Assembly: GCA_947586825.1 (NCBI GenBank)
Contig: CANPXU010000005.1
Location: 1 to 58,475, forward strand
Length of the DNA stretch: 58,475 bases
Direction: 5' to 3'
From: an uncultured Bacilli bacterium
GTDB taxonomy: Bacteria; Bacillota_I; Bacilli_A; RF39; UBA660
Made by a program: the position numbers and the translations under genes. Below the pieces are notes generated by a model. The model was given only the letters and a program-made list of their open reading frames with translations. It ran no database searches and was not told the DNA's origin. Within the stretch, counting starts at the first letter, position 1, and each line of letters opens with the position of its first letter. Below, in pieces: positions 1-9,440 of the stretch.

Positions 1-1236
1 TCATTAATTGCTTACATGTACGAAGATGGTTTAGATACTCATGAATATAAAACTGGCACAAATGAAGATTGGACAAGTGGAGAATATATTCTTAATTTTA
101 AAGAAAGCAAGTGTAAGAATAGCAATATAAGTTGGGATAACGAAAATAATAAAATAATATTAAATGATGCGACTAGCAATGAGTGTAAATTATATTTTGA
201 TGTAAAAGCATATCATGAAAAATGCAATGACAATACATTAGCATGCCAAATAGCCAAAAAGGTTGGAACAACAGTTGGAGATAAAGAAGGAGAGGAACTT
301 TTGTATCATGATAATACAATTGACATAAATGGAGATGGAAATCCTGATGATGCGGGAGACTCATCATATAGATATTCAGGAGATAATCCAGATAATTTTG
401 TATGTTTTGGTACTGACGAATCTATTTGCCCTTATAAAAATTTGTATCGTATTTTGGGCGTTTTTCCTTTTGAAAAAGAGGATGGTACCTTACAGTATAG
501 TGTTAAACTTATCAAAAGTGAGTATATTACGGAAGAAGAACTAGGCCTAGCTAAAAGTGGCGTAAGCAATGTGCTAATTTCGGATTATGAAATGCCCAGT
601 ACTATTGCCCCGAGAGTCAATAAAACAACCGAAATAGATTATTTTAGATGGACGGGGACAGATGATCAGCTAAATAGCTGGATTTTAAGTCCATTAAAAG
701 AAAAGTTAAATGACGAAACTATAGGTTATTTATCCAAAATAGATAGTAAATGGCAAGATATGATATCATTTAATACTTGGTATATAGGTGGCTTTGAAAC
801 ATATGGACTGCCTAGGCAAGTATATGATAGTGAAGTAGGCAAAAATAGGTTAAGGGAGGGAGAAATAAAGTGCGTTAATAATACTCCTGATTTAGTGAAA
901 TGCACTGAAGAATTACTTGTATCAAAAGATAAAATAGGATTAATGTATGTTAGTGATTATCTCTATTCATCCAAAAGTAGTAATTGGGTTATATTAGATT
1001 ACCATAATGTAAAAAATAGAGAAAATAATTGGATATATAATGGTGTCTATGAATATTTTATATCAAGAACTGCAGGAACTGTTGATAAAATATATGATTT
1101 AGATGGTTGGGGCTATGTTCCTGCCGTAAAAAGACAGATTGAACCTGGACATGTTAGACCGGTATTTTTTTTGAATTCTAGTGTTAAATTTATCGATGGC
1201 TCAGGTACTGAAGATGAACCTTATAGAATTGGTTAA
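1..1236 (+). CDS. 5'-truncated exported/surface protein (Cys-paired module followed by a YRYSG...FVCFG / IGLMYVSDY-type domain)
   Basis: Frame is open from base 1 (SLIAYMYEDG), so the true start lies upstream of the window; the motifs are typical of repetitive surface proteins in low-GC Bacilli. Confidence 0.6.
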   Translation, partial: SLIAYMYEDGLDTHEYKTGTNEDWTSGEYILNFKESKCKNSNISWDNENNKIILNDATSNECKLYFDVKAYHEKCNDNTLACQIAKKVGTTVGDKEGEELLYHDNTIDINGDGNPDDAGDSSYRYSGDNPDNFVCFGTDESICPYKNLYRILGVFPFEKEDGTLQYSVKLIKSEYITEEELGLAKSGVSNVLISDYEMPSTIAPRVNKTTEIDYFRWTGTDDQLNSWILSPLKEKLNDETIGYLSKIDSKWQDMISFNTWYIGGFETYGLPRQVYDSEVGKNRLREGEIKCVNNTPDLVKCTEELLVSKDKIGLMYVSDYLYSSKSSNWVILDYHNVKNRENNWIYNGVYEYFISRTAGTVDKIYDLDGWGYVPAVKRQIEPGHVRPVFFLNSSVKFIDGSGTEDEPYRIG

Positions 1237-1319
1237 TGTATTATATTTCATTCTCTTTTCAAGAAATGTGACTAGTATATGATATAATAAATATAGTAAA
1301 TTAACAAAGAGGTGAGGAT

Positions 1320-2516
1320 ATGAAATGTATTCTTATGAATAAATATACTGAAGTATTAAAGGCAGAATATGATAGTGCTACTAGCGCTTTTACTAAAGTA
1401 TATGAAGTAATGAATATTAATTACGCTCCATATATTTTGAAAAATATTTACAATCAAGAAAATATAAATGATGATGCTTTTAGAACAAATTTAAGTGAAT
1501 GGTTTAAGGGAAGAGGAATCCCTTCATGGCGTGATAGATTAGATTTGCTATTATATAGATTAAATATTTCAGCTCCATATGAATTATTAGACAAAGCTTT
1601 TGGTTTATCTTTATCAGATCAATATTGGTTAAAACCCGATGGTAGCAATATTAATTATGATGATATTAATTTTTTTGATAATGATTTTGATTATGCTGAA
1701 TTCATGGAAGCTTCTTTATCTGTTAATAGCCCAAAAATATATAATGAGAATTCGTTAAAAACGCCAAATAATACAACTGATGGAATGCTTAAAAAAGCTT
1801 GGGTTATTGAAGGAGAAACTAGGTATTTAATCAAAGGTGGGTATAAAAATGAAACTTTACAGCCCTTTAATGAAGTATTAGCAAGTGAGATATGTAAAAG
1901 GTTAGGATTTAATTATGTTGATTATTCGCTATATACTTATAAAGATATGGTAGTATCTAAATGTCCATGCTTTATAACTAAAGATACGGAGCTTGTGCCA
2001 TGTCATCAAATAATAAGTGGTAGAAAAAGACATAACTCTTCAGCAGATTATGAAAATTATATAAAGATTCTAGAAGAAAACGGAATTGAAAATGCTCGCG
2101 AAAAACTTGAAAATATGTATATTCTAGATTTTTTAATATTAAATGATGATAGGCATTTAAATAATTTTGGTATTATAAGAGATGTTAATAGCTTGAAATG
2201 GTTAGATGTTGCACCTATCTTTGATAGTGGACAAAGCCTAAACATTGAATATTACGATGAAGAAGAAATGCATATTTCCGGAAATGGTCGATTATTTTAT
2301 GAAGTTAAGCCATTTGATGAAATAATAAAACTAGTAAAAAATATTAAAAGAATTGATATAACTAAGTTAGACGGTCTAGTTGAGTGGTTTGATAACTTGC
2401 TTCATCAGTATCAAAATATAACTAATTATTCAGATGCGAGAATTAATAAATTATGTATCCTACTAAATAGTCAAATTAATAAATTGAAAGATATAATTGA
2501 AAAAGCAAATAGGTGA
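1320..2516 (+). CDS. HipA-like C-terminal-domain kinase
   Basis: YLIKGG lysine motif, EVLASEI helix, DRHLNNFG catalytic loop, APIFDSG; SD GAGGTGAGG upstream. Confidence 0.75.
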   Translation: MKCILMNKYTEVLKAEYDSATSAFTKVYEVMNINYAPYILKNIYNQENINDDAFRTNLSEWFKGRGIPSWRDRLDLLLYRLNISAPYELLDKAFGLSLSDQYWLKPDGSNINYDDINFFDNDFDYAEFMEASLSVNSPKIYNENSLKTPNNTTDGMLKKAWVIEGETRYLIKGGYKNETLQPFNEVLASEICKRLGFNYVDYSLYTYKDMVVSKCPCFITKDTELVPCHQIISGRKRHNSSADYENYIKILEENGIENAREKLENMYILDFLILNDDRHLNNFGIIRDVNSLKWLDVAPIFDSGQSLNIEYYDEEEMHISGNGRLFYEVKPFDEIIKLVKNIKRIDITKLDGLVEWFDNLLHQYQNITNYSDARINKLCILLNSQINKLKDIIEKANR

Positions 2517-2518
2517 TT

Positions 2519-3478
2519 CTATTTGCTTTTATAATAAGTTAAATATTCTTCTAAAGTTAAATTGTTTTCGTAAATGAATGTCGCTGTATCAATACCAACA
2601 TAACGATAATGCCAGCTTTCTGCACTTTGACCTGTTATATATTCTTTGCCTTCTGGATATCTTTCAATAAAGCCATATTTATGAGCATTTTCTTTTATCC
2701 ATTTATAAGCATCACTTTCAGGAAATGTCACAGTAGTAAGAGCACCTTTAGCAAAGATGTCTAGAGCAAGGCCTGTAGTGTGCTCATCAGATCCTGGCCT
2801 TCCTATATTGTTATCAGCATATACTGTGCCATTGTTGTCTTTAGCTTTGTTATAAGCTTTTTCATGTTCACTATAAGGATAATAAGCAAAGTTAACGATT
2901 AGATAAAAACCTTGCTCATCAGCATCATTCCACATATTTAAGTATGCATCCCAGACTTCTTTTTTTACCTTAAAGCCATCACCATAAAAGTATTTTTGGT
3001 TCGTAACATCTATTAAATCATCAGGAACAAAATCTGAATCAAGTAAATAATATTTATTAACAAGTATTTCATTTTTTAAATCATAATCTACTTTGACAGG
3101 AGCTTCATAATATTCATAATCAAGATTTAGATTAACATATTCAATAGCTGTTTCAATATCCGTTCTATTTTCCTCCATAAATGTTAAATAACGATTATAG
3201 TTGCTATGAATATAATGTTCATTATTCATAAATTCCAAGAGATTTTCATCCTTCTTTTTATCTAATAAACTTTTTAATTCTGTTTCATTATAATACTTTT
3301 TTAAAGTGTTTATTTCTTTATCCGTATAACCAATTTCCGAAAGTTTATATTCAATCGTATTTTCAGCTTCGTATTTAGCGTGAATCTTATTATAGGATAT
3401 TATAGCAATGGTACCAAAGATGATGAAAACGAGAATAAACCACACAGTTTTTTTAAGTTTTAATCTTTTCTTTTTCAT
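2519..3478 (-). CDS. M15B/VanY-family D-Ala-D-Ala carboxypeptidase, N-terminal membrane anchor
   Basis: PGSDEHTTGLALD and ESWHYRYVG motifs; hydrophobic N-terminus. Confidence 0.85.
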   Translation of the reverse strand: MKKKRLKLKKTVWFILVFIIFGTIAIISYNKIHAKYEAENTIEYKLSEIGYTDKEINTLKKYYNETELKSLLDKKKDENLLEFMNNEHYIHSNYNRYLTFMEENRTDIETAIEYVNLNLDYEYYEAPVKVDYDLKNEILVNKYYLLDSDFVPDDLIDVTNQKYFYGDGFKVKKEVWDAYLNMWNDADEQGFYLIVNFAYYPYSEHEKAYNKAKDNNGTVYADNNIGRPGSDEHTTGLALDIFAKGALTTVTFPESDAYKWIKENAHKYGFIERYPEGKEYITGQSAESWHYRYVGIDTATFIYENNLTLEEYLTYYKSK

Positions 3479-3582
3479 CGGATTCTCCTTAATTTAATTA
3501 TATCTTTTTTTATAGTATTTTCAAGTTTTGCTTTACAAATAGAAACGAGTATTGTATTATTTATTTAAGGTAGTGATAATAG

Positions 3583-3942
3583 ATGAGCGAGAATAAGCAA
3601 ATATTAAAATACTGTCCTAATTTTTATAAAATAATAAATTTCAATCCATTGCAAGAGGATCAATTATCCGATAAGATAATTAAGATATATCAAGAATATA
3701 TCTTTAAGATAGATCCTAATAATGCTGAGGATGTTAAAGAAGTAAAAGAGCTTGATGAAGCTGTAGCTAAATACATTAATGATTATTCTTTCAGAAGAGA
3801 AGTTCAAAAAGAAATTGTTAATGTTAGAGTTAAATCAACTTGCAAAGATGTCTTAAAATTCTTTATTGAAGCTATCATTAAGATTTTTACTAATTATCAA
3901 GATTATACTACAAGAGTTATTTATGTCTCTCGCTGGATATAA
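3583..3942 (+). CDS. hypothetical protein
   Basis: 119-aa ORF with host-like codon usage; 26-nt convergent overlap with the next gene. Confidence 0.6.
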   Translation: MSENKQILKYCPNFYKIINFNPLQEDQLSDKIIKIYQEYIFKIDPNNAEDVKEVKELDEAVAKYINDYSFRREVQKEIVNVRVKSTCKDVLKFFIEAIIKIFTNYQDYTTRVIYVSRWI

Positions 3943-4921
3943 ATAACTTTTTTATTTGCGTAAGACCAAAGAGCATAATGAATATAGTAGCTATAAGTCC
4001 TAGTTGTTTGTGAAGAATCAAAACAGGGAAATATTTATTAACTAATAATAGATTAGTAAGACAAGGAGTTAAGATAATAATAGTATAAAAGATTATTTTA
4101 TTATTATTTAACTCTTTTCTTAAATTCTTAAAAGTTAGAGTAAGAAAGATAAAGTAGTCTAAATACCAAATAGTACTTAAGATATTTTCAAAGTTTTCAA
4201 TAAAGTTAAATAGCCTAATTCTTTTTAATAAGATGTATTCAGGGAAACGATATATCTTAGCTACATTTGGTGTTAAGACGGTTAGAATTAAAAAGCCTAC
4301 GATACTTAATATAATACTTGAAAATAAATAATACTTAATATGCTCTTTATGGGGTATTTTATCCTCACTCAAAAGAATATGAGGAATAGTCGATAAACTG
4401 GCATAGATAATAGTTCCTTTGAATATGGAGCTTATTTTGCTAGTGAAAAAGGGTGTAAGACTATCTAGTTTAATATAACTAAATAAAGATAGGAAAGTAA
4501 TACCCAAAGTAAAGAGACTTAATATACAAAGGATTATGGAAGTATATTTAATAACTTTATAATCTTTAAAAGAAGCGTATAAACAAAGAATAATACTTGT
4601 GGCAATAATAATCCATTTAGGAGTTTCCAAAAGAAAAAAGTCATTAATAAACACTTCAATAGTATAGGTACTTATAATGATAAATAATATATATAGGATA
4701 ATCTTTATATATTTATAAAATTTACTATCCGAAGAAAATCTATTTAGAAGATAAATAAAAAAGATACCTAAAATATTACCTAATATAAAGCATATTAAAG
4801 CATCAGAACCGGTATAACCAATAACTAAAGAGAAGATATTACCTAAAAAGATGGGCCTAGTTAAAAAATAGGCTAGGGAAAAATTTTCTTTATTCATATT
4901 TTGCCTCGTATGTAAAACCAT
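3917..4921 (-). CDS. GerAB/APC-type spore germination permease subunit (B)
   Basis: Multi-TM protein with the YRFPEY...RLFNFIENFE motif; third gene of a ger operon. Confidence 0.7.
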   Translation of the reverse strand: MVLHTRQNMNKENFSLAYFLTRPIFLGNIFSLVIGYTGSDALICFILGNILGIFFIYLLNRFSSDSKFYKYIKIILYILFIIISTYTIEVFINDFFLLETPKWIIIATSIILCLYASFKDYKVIKYTSIILCILSLFTLGITFLSLFSYIKLDSLTPFFTSKISSIFKGTIIYASLSTIPHILLSEDKIPHKEHIKYYLFSSIILSIVGFLILTVLTPNVAKIYRFPEYILLKRIRLFNFIENFENILSTIWYLDYFIFLTLTFKNLRKELNNNKIIFYTIIILTPCLTNLLLVNKYFPVLILHKQLGLIATIFIMLFGLTQIKKLFISSERHK

Positions 4922-5972
4922 TACGGTTAATGTTAAGCTTTACTTCTATTTCTATATCATGATTCATAGCATAGTCACGATCCTTTATTTTTGTCTTTTT
5001 ATAATATTTACTTGCTATTCCTAAAGGATCTGTTTTTGTTTTAATAATATTTTTAATTAAAGATTCATATTTATCTTTAGCTTTTTGTTCAAATTCTTTA
5101 TTTAACTTAGTATAAATATCATCATCTTTTAAATTAAAGTTAGGTTCATTAAGTTTTATTTCCGCGGAAAGAGTAATACTTATTTTGACTTTATCATCAT
5201 CAAACTCATAATCAGCCTTAGTTTTATAAATATTTATGGCAAAGGTTTTATCATCATATTCTTTCTCAATTAAATAATTACTTTCTTTATTAATAAGAGA
5301 TGATAATAAATAAGAATCTTCTTTATCAAGAGTATCAATATACTTGCCATTTTTAAAAAGACTAATCCCCGTCATTGATAAAACTTTTTCGCCTTCTTTT
5401 TCGATTGTTGTAATAGTCGTATCCATGCCATAGGTCGTATAAGTTTCTAGGTTATCGACAAATGTATTTGTAAAGATAATATTTTGCGTTTTAGGACTAT
5501 ATTCGACTAAATCAGATAGGGTACTAGCAATGCTTTCACCTGAGTCAGATTCGGTTTTTATAATCTCTTTGGCTTCGGTATTTTCGGCCAAAAGAAGATA
5601 GAAATTATTACTAATTTGCGGATTTCTTGTAATATAATCGATGATATCTTTAGTACCTTTTTTGGCAGCATCTTTACTTATTACCACGGCTTTTAAATGA
5701 AAATAATGGGGAAGAGTCGGAATCTTAAGCGCGATATCTGCAAAGGCATCGGAGATAGTTTTGGCTTTAGTACTTATCGTATAGGGTTTTATTTTACCAG
5801 ATTCCGTTTCGTAGTTTTGACCTGCTAAAACTTCGAAAGTAAGTTCATACTTTTCATCTTCATAATCAATCCCTATAGCTGTTACAAAAGCAAGTTTATC
5901 TACTTCTTTATAATCAAAACAACCGGTTATAAAAAAAGGAATTAATAAAAGTAAAATTATTATCTTTTTCAT
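4890..5972 (-). CDS. Ger(x)C-family spore germination lipoprotein
   Basis: Lipobox FITGC followed by DYKEV...VTAIGID and HLKAVVIS. Confidence 0.85.
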   Translation of the reverse strand: MKKIIILLLLIPFFITGCFDYKEVDKLAFVTAIGIDYEDEKYELTFEVLAGQNYETESGKIKPYTISTKAKTISDAFADIALKIPTLPHYFHLKAVVISKDAAKKGTKDIIDYITRNPQISNNFYLLLAENTEAKEIIKTESDSGESIASTLSDLVEYSPKTQNIIFTNTFVDNLETYTTYGMDTTITTIEKEGEKVLSMTGISLFKNGKYIDTLDKEDSYLLSSLINKESNYLIEKEYDDKTFAINIYKTKADYEFDDDKVKISITLSAEIKLNEPNFNLKDDDIYTKLNKEFEQKAKDKYESLIKNIIKTKTDPLGIASKYYKKTKIKDRDYAMNHDIEIEVKLNINRNGFTYEAKYE

Positions 5973-7363
5973 TGACGCTCCTTTATTATGTTATTAGATA
6001 GTTTTTTGCTACGATGTAAATTGTTTTTCGCAAGAATAAATTCAGAAAAATAAGCTTTATCATACGGAGCTAAAGGGAAGGTATACGGATAGCCAATTGA
6101 TTTAGCATCACATAGATTTATAAAGAGGAAGATAACACCCAAAACCAGGCCATATAAGCCTAAGAAGCTGGCTAGAAATATAAGAAAGAAACGATAATAC
6201 CTAAGCATATTACTTATCTCCGGGTCTGTAAATATTAAAGATGCAACATAAGTAAAAGAGCAAATGATAATCATAATCGGTGATACAAGGCCAGCACTTA
6301 CTGCGGCATCTCCTAAAACTAGGGCACCAAGAAGGGAAGCTGCTGAGCCATACTTGGAGGGAAAACGGATATCACTTTCCCGTAGTATTTCGCAAATAAT
6401 AAGCATGACAATACACTCGACTAAAGCCGGGAAGGGAATCTTGCTTCTTTGAGAGGCAAAGTTAATAATCAAGCTTGTTGGTATGGCCTCTTGGTTATAA
6501 TTGATTATCGCAATATAAAACGCGGGTACGACAATTGAACAAATAAAACAAAGCATTCTTATTAATTTCGTAAAATTTATATTATAAGAATTATTATATT
6601 TATCGGTAAATGGATTAATAAAATCAATTAAGAAGGCCGGTACTATTAAAGCAGTTGGGGAGTTATCACACATTATAACGATTTTGCCTTCGGCTAAAGC
6701 TTCGGCACAGCGATCGGGCCTTTCGGTAGTAATAACGGTTGGAAATAAATCTTTACTCTCACTTAAATATTTAATTAAACTTTCCGAAGAATTTAAAATA
6801 TCAATATCTATCTTACTTAAGATGTCATATACTTTATCGACATTTTCTTTTTTGGCAACATTATCAAGATATAATATTCCTACGTTATTATTGGCAAGCT
6901 TACCAATCGATAAGTTCTTAGTTTTAAAGTGTTTAGTTTTAAGTCTTCTTTTAATTAAACCTAAGTTAGTTTGATAGTTTTCAATAAAGGCATTTTTAGG
7001 TCCATTTATGGCAGGCTCATTTTCGTTAGTCGAAAGGCCTCGGTTAATATCGGCTTTTGTTTCAATTGCATAGATATGTTTATTATCAAAGATAACTGTA
7101 TAGCCATCATAAAGATATTTCTCAGCTTCTGTTAAGCCTTTTAATTTCTTGATTTTACTACCCGGGATATCGGATTCAAAATCAGGAAGATTTTTAATAC
7201 TGGTTATTCTTCTTAAAATATATTCGTTAATTTTATCTTGACTACATAAAGACTCAAGATAAAAAATATAAACCTTATGAAGAGGATTTATATTAATATG
7301 TTTTATTACTAGATCAGGATCATCTTTAAATTCATTTTGAATATATTCCAGTTCTTTTTTCAT
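5969..7363 (-). CDS. GerA-family spore germination receptor subunit A
   Basis: GPKNAFIE, TERPDRCA, EILRESDIRFP, LVLGDAAVSAGLVSP motifs. Confidence 0.9.
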   Translation of the reverse strand: MKKELEYIQNEFKDDPDLVIKHININPLHKVYIFYLESLCSQDKINEYILRRITSIKNLPDFESDIPGSKIKKLKGLTEAEKYLYDGYTVIFDNKHIYAIETKADINRGLSTNENEPAINGPKNAFIENYQTNLGLIKRRLKTKHFKTKNLSIGKLANNNVGILYLDNVAKKENVDKVYDILSKIDIDILNSSESLIKYLSESKDLFPTVITTERPDRCAEALAEGKIVIMCDNSPTALIVPAFLIDFINPFTDKYNNSYNINFTKLIRMLCFICSIVVPAFYIAIINYNQEAIPTSLIINFASQRSKIPFPALVECIVMLIICEILRESDIRFPSKYGSAASLLGALVLGDAAVSAGLVSPIMIIICSFTYVASLIFTDPEISNMLRYYRFFLIFLASFLGLYGLVLGVIFLFINLCDAKSIGYPYTFPLAPYDKAYFSEFILAKNNLHRSKKLSNNIIKERQ

Positions 7364-7449
7364 GTTATTATTATGGAAAGATAATTAAAAGTTATAATAT
7401 TATTTGAGAATAAATTAAAAATATATTATATTAATATTAAGGTGGATTT

Positions 7450-8661
7450 ATGAATGCAGTAATTGAAAAACTTGATGGTCTTGGAAATGGTATTTGTTAT
7501 ATTAATGGTAAAATCTGCTTTGTACCTAAATGTATACCGGGCGATGAAGTAGAAATTGAAATTACTTATGAAAATAAAGACTATTTAAAAGGAAGAGTTA
7601 CTAAAATAATTAAATCATCGCAAGACAGGATATCACCTTTTTGTCCATATTTTGACTCATGTGGTGGCTGCAGTCTTCAGATGCTTAACTATGATAAAGG
7701 TTTAGAGTATAAAAAAGAAAGAGTTAAGAACATCTTAGGAAGAATTATTAATCTGCCTGAACCTGAAGTTATAGCAAACACACATAATAAAGCGTATCGC
7801 AATAAAATTGAATTAAAGATTCAAAACAAAGAGATAGGCTTTTATGAAAGAAAAACTCATAATTTAATAGCTATTCATAATTGTCCTATTACTAAAGAGT
7901 GTATTAATAACTTTTTGCCTGAATTAAAACTTATGAACATCACAAATGGTGATGTTATGATTAGGGCTAATTTTAATGATGAGCTTTTAATAAGTATTAC
8001 GACAAGTGATGAAGTTAAATTAAATGAAGAGAATTACCCTGAAAGAAAAGTTGTAGGCATAATCGTTAATGGAAAGACTATCTATGGCGAAAATCATTTT
8101 ATAGATAAGATAGGTAATTACTTTTTTGATGTATCTTATGATTCGTTCTTTCAAGTAAATAGTTACATTAATGAAAAACTATTTGATATTATCAAAGAAA
8201 ACTCTATAGGAAATACTATACTCGATTTATACTCTGGAGTAGGTACTTTAGGCATTGTAGCAAGCCAAACTGCCCAAAAGGTATATTCGATAGAGTGTGT
8301 GCCAAACGCTGTTTTAAATGGCATTAAAAACGCTAAAATGAATAAGCGTGATAATATAAGCTTTATTTTAGGCAATGTTGAAGATAAAATTAAGTTTATT
8401 GAGGATAAGGTAGATACTGTAATTGTTGATCCTCCTCGTAAAGGCCTAGATGATTTTACGATAAATAAGCTTTTAGAATTTAAACCAAAGAAAATTATTT
8501 ATATATCTTGTGAGACTGAAAGCCTTGCTAATAATCTTAAAGTTTTAAAAGATTTATACAATTTGGATAAATTATATATTTTAGATATGTTTAGTTATAA
8601 TTATTTAGCAGAATGCGTTTGTATTTTAAATATAAAGGAGAAAGATTATGGAGACAATTAG
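7450..8661 (+). CDS. rlmD: 23S rRNA (uracil-C5)-methyltransferase, RlmD/TrmA family
   Basis: TRAM domain, CPYFDSCGGC Fe-S motif, DLYSGVG SAM site, VDPPRKG, YISC catalytic Cys. Confidence 0.85.
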   Translation: MNAVIEKLDGLGNGICYINGKICFVPKCIPGDEVEIEITYENKDYLKGRVTKIIKSSQDRISPFCPYFDSCGGCSLQMLNYDKGLEYKKERVKNILGRIINLPEPEVIANTHNKAYRNKIELKIQNKEIGFYERKTHNLIAIHNCPITKECINNFLPELKLMNITNGDVMIRANFNDELLISITTSDEVKLNEENYPERKVVGIIVNGKTIYGENHFIDKIGNYFFDVSYDSFFQVNSYINEKLFDIIKENSIGNTILDLYSGVGTLGIVASQTAQKVYSIECVPNAVLNGIKNAKMNKRDNISFILGNVEDKIKFIEDKVDTVIVDPPRKGLDDFTINKLLEFKPKKIIYISCETESLANNLKVLKDLYNLDKLYILDMFSYNYLAECVCILNIKEKDYGDN

Positions 8662-9115
8662 AACGACATTATTGCTTATTATAAAAGATGATATGATAAT
8701 GCTTGCTAAGAAGAAAAAAGGCTTTGGCGAAGGCAAATATAATGGCGTTGGAGGAAAACTTGAAGAAGGGGAGAGTGTTGAAGAAGCCCTTATAAGAGAA
8801 ACTAAAGAAGAGATAAATATAACTCCTTTAGATTATGAAAAAGTGGGCGTAGTTAGTTTTGATGAAGATTATAAAGGTAAACGTTCAAGACTTGAATTTC
8901 ACCTATACACTTGTTCTAAATGGGAAGGTGATTTAAAAGAAACCGAAGAGATGGAACCTCATTGGTTTAATATAAAAGAAATCCCTTATGATGAAATGTT
9001 CCCTGATGATAAACATTGGCTTCCTTATGTTCTTGAAGGCCGTAAGTTTAATGCTTATTTTAATTTTGATGATGATTGGAATATTATTGATAAACAAATA
9101 GATATAATAAGTTAA
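8648..9115 (+). CDS. NUDIX hydrolase, 8-oxo-dGTP diphosphatase (MTH1-like)
   Basis: NGVGGKLEEGESVEEALIRETKEE Nudix box; MFPDDKHW. Confidence 0.85.
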   Translation: METIRTTLLLIIKDDMIMLAKKKKGFGEGKYNGVGGKLEEGESVEEALIRETKEEINITPLDYEKVGVVSFDEDYKGKRSRLEFHLYTCSKWEGDLKETEEMEPHWFNIKEIPYDEMFPDDKHWLPYVLEGRKFNAYFNFDDDWNIIDKQIDIIS

Positions 9116-9121
9116 CTCAAG

Positions 9122-9150
9122 TTGTAATTTATTTAAATTAGTACTATAAT
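9122..9150 (+). promoter_or_regulatory. SigA-type promoter of sRNA copy 1 (identical copy at 9312-9340)
   Basis: TTGTAA-17 nt-TATAAT. Confidence 0.75.
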
Positions 9151-9156
9151 AATAAA

Positions 9157-9226
9157 TGAAGGAAGTGCATTAGCACTTGCCTAATTGGGTAAGCACCGGT
9201 TCGAGCAACCGGAGCTTTTTTATTTT
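9157..9226 (+). ncRNA. Putative ~70-nt antisense sRNA (type I antitoxin-like), copy 1
   Basis: Own promoter, internal hairpin AAGTGC-atta-GCACTT, intrinsic terminator CCGGTT-cgagc-AACCGG plus T-tract; no real ORF. Ends are inferred. Confidence 0.65.
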
Positions 9227-9249
9227 AACCTAACCTCCTTATAGTTAAA

Positions 9250-9303
9250 TTATAGTTGTATTAACAGAAGGAGAATAATCAAAAATAATGTGTAGAATAA
9301 TTT
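9250..9303 (-). pseudogene. 5'-truncated remnant of the small hydrophobic toxin-like ORF
   Basis: Encodes ...LFLIILLLLIQL*, the same C-terminus as 9441-9527; in-frame TAA at 9304-9306 and no SD or ATG. Confidence 0.6.
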
Positions 9304-9346
9304 TTAGTGTGTTGTAATTTATTTAAATTAGTACTATAATAATAAA

Positions 9347-9416
9347 TGAAGGAAGTGCATTAGCACTTGCCTAATTGGGTAAGCACCGGTTCGAGCAACC
9401 GGAGCTTTTTTATTTT
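9347..9416 (+). ncRNA. Putative antisense sRNA, copy 2 (cis-antisense to the toxin mRNA 3' UTR)
   Basis: Identical to copy 1; convergent with the ORF at 9441-9527. Confidence 0.65.
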
Positions 9417-9440
9417 ACCCGAAACCCCCTTATAGTTAGA

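Larger units (their letters stand above)
9121..9417 (+). repeat. Tandem direct repeat with 190-bp period; first 107 bp identical (9121-9227 = 9311-9417), degenerate similarity continuing to about 9285/9475
   Basis: Direct sequence comparison. Confidence 0.97.

Noticed and set aside
8580-8625. RlmD C-terminal motif reads DMFSYNYLAEC rather than DMFPxTxHVE
   Set aside because: Catalytic Cys (YISC), DPPR and the Glu are retained; probably lineage drift, and cannot be judged without an alignment
9156-9173. Mini-ORF MKEVH* at the sRNA 5' end
   Set aside because: Five codons, no SD; expected by chance
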